A model generated the notes under the pieces. It was not told the origin of the DNA. It worked only from the letters and a program-made list of their open reading frames with translations, and made no database searches. A stretch of DNA of 54,108 nucleotides from Tubiluchus corallicola (Eukaryota > Animalia > Priapulida): contig JAQGDQ010001223.1 of the NCBI GenBank assembly GCA_030141605.1, positions 1 to 54,108 on the forward strand. The letters are read 5' to 3'. A program made the position numbers and the translations under genes. Below, piece after piece: positions 44,317-54,108 of this stretch (position 1 is the stretch's first letter; every line of letters starts with the position of its first letter).

Positions 44317-47300
44317 GTGAGTATTTGTTCTACAAACTTTTTTCCGAATTCAATTAAAATTTCTCAATTTTTTGCTTTAAATTTGTTAAATCGGAGACAT
44401 TTTATGAACAGGCAGAACATACAGTTTTGCTAATACACTCATATCTCGGTTGCCTGACCTTGATTTCACAAATATCGGAAAATTTAGACCAAATCTGGTC
44501 CGTAGAAGGTCCCACATACTAGTCCGTTATTTCTCGAGCTGACCACTAGTTGGCAGTCCGTCACTTTGTTTACAACCAGCCAGCATGTAATGACACATGC
44601 ATGGCTTGTATTTCACCATGTTTAAGCAGAGTTAAAGCAGAGTTTGAGCAATTATGCAGAGTTATTTGAGTCAAGTGCCAACAGTTTTTATATACTTTTG
44701 CATAGGACCGCACCTTACTAGACGTTTTTGAGACAACTAGCCAACTGATTCTACATTACCGTAAGTCTAATACACGGCTGCCTACTGCATTAGCTTAGTA
44801 TCGAGAAATACGGACAATCGGTAAATTCGGGGCGTCGTCTTCCCGCTTTTGTCCGGGAAACTGAGATATGAGCGTAATTGCGTTATTCTCCCTTCCTCGT
44901 GAGGTAACTCTATAAAGAAGTCTCTTTCGCTGTGATATCGGTCTTTCCTTATTTTTCATGTAGTAAGGTTTTCATCCACTTTCTGTATTATGGCATCACA
45001 ATAGAGTTACTCCGTACTCCATGGCAAATGGTATTCTGAATGACATAAAAACTCAATAAAGGAACAATCCAATGTGCATTCCGGCCTCCCGTTATAAAGC
45101 CAACCTCTCTTAGCACCCATATTTTGACAGAGCACAATGTCTGTATTTACAAAGACATGTATGTATTAATGCACCTCAGGCCGACAACAAAAATACTTCT
45201 GTTTCTGTCTAATTGCTCGGGTAATTTTCTTAACGCGCTAGGCTGGAAATTTTATATTTTTTTTGAAAGTTCATATGCTTACTTGACACATTCATATTTT
45301 TTAAATTTAAATCACAACAATTTTTATAACATCACTTTTTCGGGTAACGCAGGACGTGGCCATGTATTTCCATGACTATCTCTCGGCTAGGGTTGCCGTT
45401 TTGTATGCTCATTGTACGGCAGGCTAAAAAGCATGGAATTTTTTGCCAAATCGGCGCATTAATGGCCGTGTAGTGTTGCCGCTCATACCACAATTGTCAC
45501 AACATACGTGCGTACAAAAAAGAGACTATATAATAATTGATAATTATACAACAATTTAGTAATGTGGAACTAAAAAACAAAGCGTGAAAAAATGTGCATT
45601 GAAGAGATTTAAAGCATTACTGCTAACCAGTAGGAAATAAACAAACTTTGATTTCAACTGATTTCAAATATTTTGCGATTCAGCTTTAAACATTCACAAA
45701 ACTTAAAAAAAAATCCCCCCTCCCTACTGACATCTTTCGAGGTTATGAGGCAAGACAGAAACACTTTTTTGTAGCCAGATTAGGAAAGAATACTAATAAG
45801 TTTTGCATAATTTCAGTTCTGACTTGCGGTTGTCTCCACCACCACCAGGGTGCGACGCGGCTGGTAATGGCAGTGCGACTAGTGTGCCGCACTTTGTTAA
45901 TGTCACCATCAGGTAAGCAGGTTTGCATTTTACAATATTTCTTGCACTCTGATTGATCATTAGTCTTTCCGTGTTCACCAGTTGCATGAAATTTTGTATA
46001 ATGTGAGAACATTCTTGAAATAACTGCTTTCTTCGTGTGCTGTAAAATGGGAAAATATATTATATATATATAAATAAAGTATATATAAAGTAGGAAATGT
46101 ATCTAGTTTTTTACTTCGCCAAAATTACACATTTTACACATTTGTTCCTGCAGAGCAAGCGGCCCCGTGGAATCGGCCAGTCTCAGATTTTAAGGCAAAA
46201 CGCGAGATGAAACCGGCCTTTGTGATCTGCTTAACGGTATATACAACTGGTGTTCCGTATGAAAACCTGGCTCAAAACAAAGTTAAACGTTCTCTTGTTT
46301 TGCTTTGATATCGACCTGGTGGTTCCGTTCAATTTTAAACAGATCTAATAGCTTTTCTTTGCATTGTGAATATGAGTCGCTGTATTTGTCGCAAAGTTCG
46401 TCTCATAATTACTTCGCGTTTGATTAACTTGACTTGTGAATATTACATTGTTTGTCTTCTTGCTCATCTCTCTTTCATAATTTTTTCATCTCCTTCCCTC
46501 CTTTTTTAGGCTTGTTATAACATTGAAATAGCTTAAATTTCCCTCTAATCTTACTGTACTCATTTGCTTCTGAATGACCTTTTACATTAATAGTGTTCTA
46601 GTTTTCTGTATTTAAGCTGTGTAAGACAGGCCTACCTTGAACATTTAGACCTGTGGGCTAGCCAGGCTAATTGTTCTGCTGTGTTTTAGTATAGCTGCAT
46701 AATATAATTGCTCATGATTTCTTAATATTTATGTTATTTCTTCTGAATGACCTTTTACATTAATAGTGTTCTAGTTTTCTGTATTTAAGCTGTGTACGAC
46801 AGGTCTACCTTGAACATTTAGAGCTGTGGGCTAGCCAGGCTAATTGTTCTGCTGTGTTTTAGTATAGCTGCATAATATAATTGCTCATGATTTCTTAATA
46901 TTTATGTTATTTCTTCTGAATGACCTTTTACATTAATAGTGTTCTAGTTTTCTGTATTTAAGCTGTGTAAGACAGGCCTACCTTGAACATTTAGACCTGT
47001 GGGCTAGCCAGGCTAATTGTTCTGCTGTGTTTTAGTATAGCTGCATAATATAATTGCTCATGATTTCTTAATATTTATGTTATTTCTTCTGAATGACCTT
47101 TTACATTAATAGTGTTCTAGTTTTCTGTATTTACGCTGTATAAGACAGGTCTACCTTGAACATTTAGCCAGGCTAATTGTTCCACTGTGTTTTAGTACAG
47201 TGGTATTTCAGTATTGATAATAATTATGTTATTTGATTCTGTGATTGTATCTGCTAGTATAGTTATTATAATATAATTCCTGGTGACTTGTTAATGATTG

Positions 47301-50300
47301 TGTTGTTTGATTCTTTGATTGTAAAAGCTAACAGGTTTAATAATTGTGGGCAAACTTTAATTCGGTACCTGCTCTCCCCCTATTTCCTCGCCCGCAGTAT
47401 TCGTAGTATACGTGTATTCAAGATTGACCTCCCTCTTTGTTAATTGTAACCTGATTGATATTTTTCACTTTATACTGAGTTAAACCTGTTTATGTTAGTT
47501 TTACTTTAATTTCTCACTTAGGGTGCGACCGCTAAGCGTCCAGGAACAGAAGTTGAATGACAGGGCGGTTATTGAATTTCCCGGTCACGATCAAGTCTCG
47601 GTGAGTCGAAGGCGTGGAGGAATTTAGCCGTTTTGCTTGTGAAGTTTTACAAATTGCAACTTACAATCTCACGGTTATTCACCTCAAAGTGACTGTAAAT
47701 CATATCTTTGCTGTTGTTATTGATTTATTGATTACGGCCAGGTGTTTTGTCAGATTAGATGAAGTTTAAAGGAGAACAGGACGATTTTTCTTATCCTACC
47801 CCATTTTCAAGTCCAATAAAAAGTATACATTTTAAAATAATTAGTACTAGAAAAGTGTTTCTGATAATTAAATAATGAATTAAAAACTTAATTAATGACA
47901 GGCGAGTCCAACTATTCATGACGTCACAAACTAGTTTAACATAATTTTCAACAGCAAAAATATTCCACGAGGGTGTTGCACGTGTTTGTGAAAGCGAAAA
48001 TTGAAGTGCTGTGCTACTGTAAGATATTCAGTGTGTTATACTAAAACTAGGCAAGTTTTGAGATAAAAAGTCAAATTTCAAATGAGCTGTTGAATGTGTG
48101 TAGGTCTTCACAAGCTAACACATCTGAACAGTGACGTACAGCGTCTGCTTTTTGTGCAATGCGTATCCGAAATTCAGGCGCTAGTGCCCTTCTGACTAGT
48201 TAATGGTGAAATGCATGTAACCGTGAAAAACTAGTGGTGTGAACGTGAAATTGTGTTTGTGTGGTTATAATTGTTTGATGTAAGTCACTTTTGAAGAAAT
48301 GGAATTTCCTTTCAATATTTTGAGAAGTAGATTATTTTGCCCTACAGTTCAAGGTTTGGTCCAGTTTTGCTTTAAAGGCACGAGAAAACCCTTCACCACA
48401 TAAAGGTTAAAAATTGTTTTGCAGTTTTGTATCTCTTACCTGCTATCTTATTGCTTACAGGGCTTGCATTGGCAGTAATGACGCCGTATCAAACTTGTAA
48501 AGTTAATCTCCTGCGAAGACCGTTGAGCACAGTCATTTTGACAATAAGTTGTTTGAAACAAGTTTAGATAATATTGCTCCAAATTTAAAAAAATACTCAG
48601 CGCATTCGCAGCACACTCTTCGCTGACTGAATAAAAGTTTAAATTACTTTACATTGTCATTAAGATCAATAGAGTGTTTTTCGGTGAATCGGTGGTGCAC
48701 GCTGGGATAGCGATACAGTGCAGTTTTGCCAGGTGGTGCGAGCATTGTAAGTTATTGATAATTTTCTAGTTACACAAGTCTTGTAAACAGATAAGCGTAA
48801 TGTCAAGTAATATAATTTTCCATTGAAAGTTTTTTTGGGACATACTTAAGCATTCCCTTTCCCTGATTTACGTTGTGCGTATGTGACGTCATGTAATGAT
48901 GCGGTCGGTAGGGGTGAGCATTCTGTACCAGAAAGCGAATTCGAATCGAACCGAATTTCGGTATTTTGAATCCGAGTCGAATTCGAATTGAGTTTGAACG
49001 ATATTTGAATTACTAGTAAAAAGTGATCTTACAAAGATCTTGCATATTACTTGTTGTGCAGATTTTGTTCTGCAGAAAAGTAGCTGAAGGAGTTCATAAT
49101 GAAATCCGTGTTTCAATACAACGTTGTTGTGACGGGAACACAAAAGAATTCCTTCATAGCATATGGTGTTCTCAGAAATCTTTATTTCTGTATATATAAA
49201 AAATGAAAATAATAAATTTGACTGCTTTTCACTGCTTACAAATGTATAATAATCTAATTATTATAATTTAAGATAATAAAGTAAATATTACTCACATCGT
49301 GCGGCTATAATAACTTAATAGATCCTTGAAACGTCATACTGGTTTACAGCAAATCTGGCAGAGACGCTACAAATAATTACTTGAGCATTTATCTAAACAT
49401 TATTTAACATTTGCTGAGGCTTCTGTAAGCGTGTTTAGTGAGGCTCAACCTAATTTACAACCTCACAGGTAAAATTACAGGTAAGTTCACATAGGTGCTG
49501 CCACCTACATGTTAAGGCCAGAAACTGACCTTAACAGTTGTGTTGTGAACGTGCTGAGGTATCTTGTTTTGTAAATTGTCAGATAGGTGGCACTGTTACA
49601 TTTTTTCTTCACAGGTGCACAATAGTCTGAATGGAAAAACGAAACTGTTTCGGTACAACAAGTCCTTCCCGCCGGATGCTTCCCAGGGATACGTGTTTAA
49701 AAATTGCGGCATTCAGCATCTGATCAACATGGCAGTGAAAGGGTGAGTTTGCCTTGCTTTACAACGGCTTCACACATATTTCGCTGGTGTCCCGTGCGGA
49801 TGCATAAGTGTGTGGACGTCTTTGTACGTCTTTTAACGGCTTCACGCATATTTCGCTGGTGTCTCGTGTGGCTACGTAAGTGTGTGGGCGGGTTTGTACG
49901 TCTTTTAACGGCTTCACACATATTTCGCTGGTGTCTCGTGTGGTTACGTAAGTGTGTGGACGTGTTTGTACATCTTTTAACGGCTTCACACATATTTCGC
50001 TGGTGTCTCGTGTGGTTACGTAAGTGTGTGGGCGAGTTTGTACATCTTTTAACGGCTTCACACATATTTCGCTGGTGTCTCGTGTGGTTACGTAAGTGTG
50101 TGGACGTGTTTGTACATCTTTTAACGGCTTCACACATATTTTGCTGGTGTCATGTGTGGTTTCACGTATTTCACACGTATGTGTCTTCGCATTTGCATTG
50201 AAAGATTATTATTACAATTGCTTCCATTCATTTTACGGTGTCTGTGATTGCAGTGTGTTTGAAGTATTTAGGATCGTTGAAAGATGTGTGGAGCCAGTGG

Positions 50301-51203
50301 AATATGTGTGGAGTTCGTGAAAAATGTGTCTATTTGTCATATTGTGCCTAAAGACGTGTTGAGGCGCAGCCAGATGTGTTCAGCCTTTGTTTTTGGAAGG
50401 TGGTAGAAGCATCTTGACCACACTTTGATGTCTGTATTGCGTTCTTCGAAGAAGTAACCTCCCACCATGGTATAGCAGATGAAGCCATGGAAAGCTGGCA
50501 ATGAACCTGACAGTCACCCATTTATTTACTTACTAGACTTAGCATTGCTCAACTTCGGTTGCTAAGTACTGCTTTTGCTACGGTTTAGTTTCAGCTGACC
50601 TATAAAGTTTTTCGAAGTTGAGGTGACTGCAATAAATAGAAGTATTTGATGATTAAACAGTCTGAAGAGTGATTTTTCTGATGAAGGAGCCATCTGGTGG
50701 GCAAATTAATAAACTACTTGTGCATTAATCTGTTTCAAGTTAACTGCAGTAAGTGTTTATTTGGCCAGAATTTCATGGTTTAACATTTTATTATGATGAG
50801 GGAGCCACCTGGTAGGAAATTAATGAACTACTTGCATTAATTTGTTTTAAGTTAAGTTCATTAGGTGTTCATTATCCAGAATTTCATGATTTAACATTTT
50901 ATTATTGGTCTGATGGATAAAACTACTGATGAGGGAGCCATCTGGTGAGCAAATTAATAAACTAGTTGCATTAATTTGTTTTAAGTTAAGTGCAGTAATT
51001 ATTGTCCAGAATTTCATGGTTTGACATTTTATTATGATGACGGAGCCATCTGGTGAGCAAATTAATGAACTATTTCAGACCAATGGTAAATGAAAGAGTT
51101 GTTTTTGTATATTTGTAGATATTCGTGTACCGTGTTTGCCTACGGACAGACAGGATCCGGGAAGACTTACACCATCACCGGTCCCGAGGACGTCTTTACT
51201 ACT
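44186..51203 (+). CDS. KIF12: Kinesin-like protein KIF12, 5' part: join(44186..44316,45817..45912,47522..47600,49615..49742,51119..51203); continues beyond the window or is truncated
   Basis: Spliced: ...[98 protein letters not shown]. Kinesin RVRP and P-loop GQTGSGKT are present; VF..CG...[24 protein letters not shown] is KIF12-like. Confidence 0.88.
45817..45912 (+). CDS. KIF12: KIF12-like exon 2 (...PHFVNVTIR)
   Basis: tttcag|T TCT ... ATC AG|gtaagc. Confidence 0.85.
46568..47200. repeat. 173-bp tandem repeat, ~3.6 copies
   Basis: ttctgaatgacc at 46568, 46741, 46914 and 47087. Confidence 0.93.
47522..47600 (+). CDS. KIF12: KIF12-like exon 3 (VRPLSVQEQ...DQVS)
   Basis: cacttag|G GTG CGA CCG ... 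TCG|gtgagt. Confidence 0.9.
47766..48375 (-). mobile_element. MITE family A copy (left arm)
   Basis: ttaaag...ctttaa termini; homologous interior. Confidence 0.78.
49615..49742 (+). CDS. KIF12: KIF12-like exon 4
   Basis: ttcacag|GTG CAC ... AAA GG|gtgagt. Confidence 0.92.
49763..50165. repeat. 72-bp minisatellite, ~5.5 copies, 20 nt after the KIF12 exon 4 donor
   Basis: aacggcttcacacatatttcgctggtgtc recurs every 72 nt. Confidence 0.93.
50680..51072. repeat. Degenerate ~110-135-bp tandem repeat, ~3.5 copies, just before KIF12 exon 5
   Basis: gatga.ggagcca.ctggt...aattaat.aacta occurs four times. Confidence 0.8.
51119..51203 (+). CDS. KIF12: KIF12-like exon 5 (P-loop)
   Basis: tttgtag|A TAT TCG TGT ... 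GGA CAG ACA GGA TCC GGG AAG ACT ... ACT|gtaagt. Confidence 0.93.
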
Positions 51204-52717
51204 GTAAGTTTAAACACTTCTATCTGTGTAAAGTAAAAAGTGCAATCTTGACATCTGTTAGTGCTAGTTCTTTTCTAAGAATCACTCTGAGTTTGATTTT
51301 GTGGTACTGCAGCAGAGTAACTTCTTTTCTATGCATAAGTTACTCCTAACATGACAGTCCTTAAACATTCAGCTCCAGCATTAAAACATGCAAAGATTAT
51401 GAAAGATACAGGACACTACAGGTTTTCACAATAATACAGTCAACATTTAGAGAAACGTCATTGTTTCTCCCAAAATTATTGATCTGTTAAGCCACACGAC
51501 ACCCTACACACACCGTTAAGTAACAAGATTAGCATTTTTTCTAGTAATAATAATAGTTATTAGAATGTAGTAATTAAGTCAGCTACGATGATCTCTGACT
51601 AGGCAATTTTGTTGTACTTTAAAAACTTTTGTTAATTGTTTTGTTAATGTCGGTTGAGTTATTAATAATTAACAGTAATTGAACTGTAGAAGAATTTTGG
51701 GCCCTATCTTGGTGTGTTTTGTTTGTTGTGTTTTTTGTGGTTTGGTTTGTGTCCAGTTGCGTTTCAAGGATCTATTAAGTTGTTATAGCCGCACGATGTG
51801 AGTAATATTTACTTTATTATCTTAAATTATAATAATTAGATTATTATACATTTGTAAGCAGTGAAAAGCAGTCAAATTTATTATTTTCATTTTTTATATA
51901 TACAGAAATAAAGATTTCTGAGAACACCATATGCTATGAAGGAATTCTTTTGTGTTCCCGTCACAACAACGTTGTATTGAAACACGGATTTCATTATGAA
52001 CTCCTTCAGCTACTTTTCTGCAGAACAAAATCTGCACAACAAGTAATATGCAAGATCTTTGTAAGACCACTTTTTACTAGTGGTTCAAAAATCCTTCAAA
52101 CTCAATTTGAATTCGACTCGGATTCAAAATACCGAAATTCGGTTCGATTCGAATTTGCTTTCTGGTACAGAATGCTCACCCCTACCGACCGCATCATTAC
52201 ATGACGTCACATACGCACAACGTAAATCAGGGAAAGGGAATGCTTAAGTATGTCCCAAAAAAACTTTCAATGGAAAATTATATTACTTGACATTACGCTT
52301 ATCTGTTTACAAGACTTGTGTAACTAGAAAATTATCAATAACTTACAATGCTCGCACCACCTGGCAAAACTGCACTGTATCGCTATCCCAGCGTGCACCA
52401 CCGATTCACCGAAAAACACTCTATTGATCTTAATGACAATGTAAAGTAATTTAAACTTTTATTCAGTCAGCGAAGAGTGTGCTGCGAATGCGCTGAGTAT
52501 TTTTTTAAATTTGGAGCAATATTATCTAAACTTGTTTCAAACAACTTATCGTCAAAATGGCTGTGCTTAACGGTCTTCGCGGGAGATTAAATTTACAAGT
52601 TTGATACAGCGCCATTACTGCCAATGCAAGCCCTGTAAGCAATAAGACAGCAGGTAAGAGATACAAAACTGCAAGACGATTTTTAAGCTTTATGTGGTGA
52701 AGTGTTTTCTCGTGCCT

Positions 52718-53320
52718 TTAAAGCAAAACTGGACCAAACCTTGAACTGTAGGGCAAAATAATCTACTTCTCAAAATATTGAAAGGAAATTCCATTTCTTC
52801 AAAAGTGACTTACATCAAACAATTATAACCACACAAACACAATTTCACGTTCACACCACTAGTTTTTCACGGTTACATGCATTTCACCATTAACTAGTCA
52901 GAAGGGCACTAGCGCCTGAATTTCGGATACGCATTGCACAAAAAGCAGACGCTGTACGTCACTGTTCAGATGTGTTAGCTTGTGAAGACCTACACACATT
53001 CAACAGCTCATTTGAAATCAGAATTTTCATCTTAAAAAACTTGCCTAGTTTTAGTATAACACACTGAATGTCTTACAGTAGCACTGTACTTGAATTTTTT
53101 TCACAAACACGTTCAACTCGGTTATGGAACATCTTTGCTGTTGAAAATTATGTTAGTTTGTGACGTCATGAATAGTTGGACTCGTCCGCTGTTAATTAAG
53201 CTTTTAATCTATTATTTAATTATCAGAAACGCTTTTGCAGTTTTAACTGTGTTAAAATGTATAATTTTTGTTGGATTTGAAAATGGGGTAGTATATAAAA
53301 AATCGTCCTGCCTTCTTTAA
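52718..53320 (+). mobile_element. MITE family A copy (right arm)
   Basis: ttaaagcaaaac...ctttaa. Confidence 0.78.
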
Positions 53321-53485
53321 ACTTCATCTAATCTGACAAAACACCTGGCCGTAATCAATAAATCAATAACAACAGCAAAGATATGATTTACAGTCACTTT
53401 GAGGTGAATAACCGTGAGATTGTAAGTTGCAATTTGTAAAACTTCACAAGCAAAACGGCTAAATTCCTCCACGCCTTCGACTCAC

Positions 53486-53564
53486 CGAGACTTGATCGTG
53501 ACCAGGAAACTCAATAACCGCCCTGTCATTCAACTTCTGTTCCTGGACGCTTAGCGGTCGCACC
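53486..53564 (-). other. Inverted duplicate of KIF12-like exon 3 with intact splice sites
   Basis: Reverse complement of 47522-47600 with two substitutions (GAA>GAG, CCC>CCT), both synonymous. Confidence 0.9.
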
Positions 53565-54108
53565 CTAAGTGAGAAATTAAAGTAAAACTAACATAAACAG
53601 GTTTAACTCAGTATAAAGTGAAAAATATCAATCAGGTTACAATTAACAAAGAGGGAGGTCAATCTTGAATACACGTATACTACGAATACTGCGGGCGAGG
53701 AAATAGGGGGAGAGCAGGTACCGAATTAAAGTTTGCCCACAATTATTAAACCTGTTAGCTTTTACAATCAAAGAATCAAACAACACAATCATTAACAAGT
53801 CACGAGGAAATATATTATAATAACTATACTAGCAGGTACAATCACAGAATCAAATAACATAATTATTATCAATACTGAAATACCACTGTACTAAAACACA
53901 GTGGAACAATTAGCCTGGCTAAATGTTCAAGGTAGACCTGTCTTATACAGCGTAAATACAGAAAACTAGAACACTATTAATGTAAAAGGTCATTCAGAAG
54001 AAATAACATAAATATTAAGAAATCATGAGCAATTATATTATGCAGCTATACTAAAACACAGCAGAACAATTAGCCTGGCTAGCCCACAGGTCTAAATGTT
54101 CAAGGTAG

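Larger units (their letters stand above)
46978..49342 (+). repeat. Left arm of large inverted duplication
   Basis: Reverse complement of 51753-54108; matched coordinates sum to about 101086-101095. Confidence 0.95.
51753..54108 (-). repeat. Right arm of large inverted duplication (runs off the window end)
   Basis: Near-identical reverse complement of 46978-49342; ORF-track peptides 48889..49143(-) and 51950..52204(+) are near-identical. Confidence 0.95.

Noticed and set aside
46154-46236. Exon-like segment (cctgcag|...ACG|gtatat) in KIF12 intron 2
   Set aside because: The required phase gives a TAA stop, and exons 2 and 3 already join to form VTIRVRP; could only be a poison or alternative exon.
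49704-50201. 24-aa repeat ORFs on both strands
   Set aside because: 72-bp intronic minisatellite beginning after a clear gtgagt donor.

Overview
Repeat-rich, intron-containing metazoan (probably invertebrate) genomic DNA; roughly a third of the window is tandem repeat by hand tally. Genes were reconstructed by hand from GT-AG boundaries and codon phases. (1) The last two coding exons of UNC-119 (+, 5759-5931 and 8419-8540). (2) A complete 8-exon, 325-aa CCDC117/HCFC1R1(HPIP)-family gene (-, 40538->21326). (3) An unrecognised 5-exon, 100-aa ORF directly upstream of it (-, 43075->41544) that appears to splice into the CCDC117-like start exon, suggesting a bicistronic mRNA. (4) A two-exon secreted LRR/LRRCT-like gene nested antisense in the large CCDC117-like intron (+, 32498-34480), broken by one frameshift at ATT-TGA-C. 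(5) The first five coding exons of a KIF12-like kinesin (+, from 44186), head-to-head with gene 3. A >=2.36-kb inverted duplication (46978-49342 / 51753-54108, running off the window) carries an antisense copy of KIF12 exon 3 and brackets exons 4-5. Mobile elements include a 5S-rRNA-headed SINE (one copy with an intact head, one 5'-truncated copy with a TSD), TTAA-flanked Kolobok-like MITEs, and Tigger-like and hAT-like MITEs. Several minisatellites are built from exon ends and splice sites of the resident genes. No database searches were run; family assignments come from recalled motifs.
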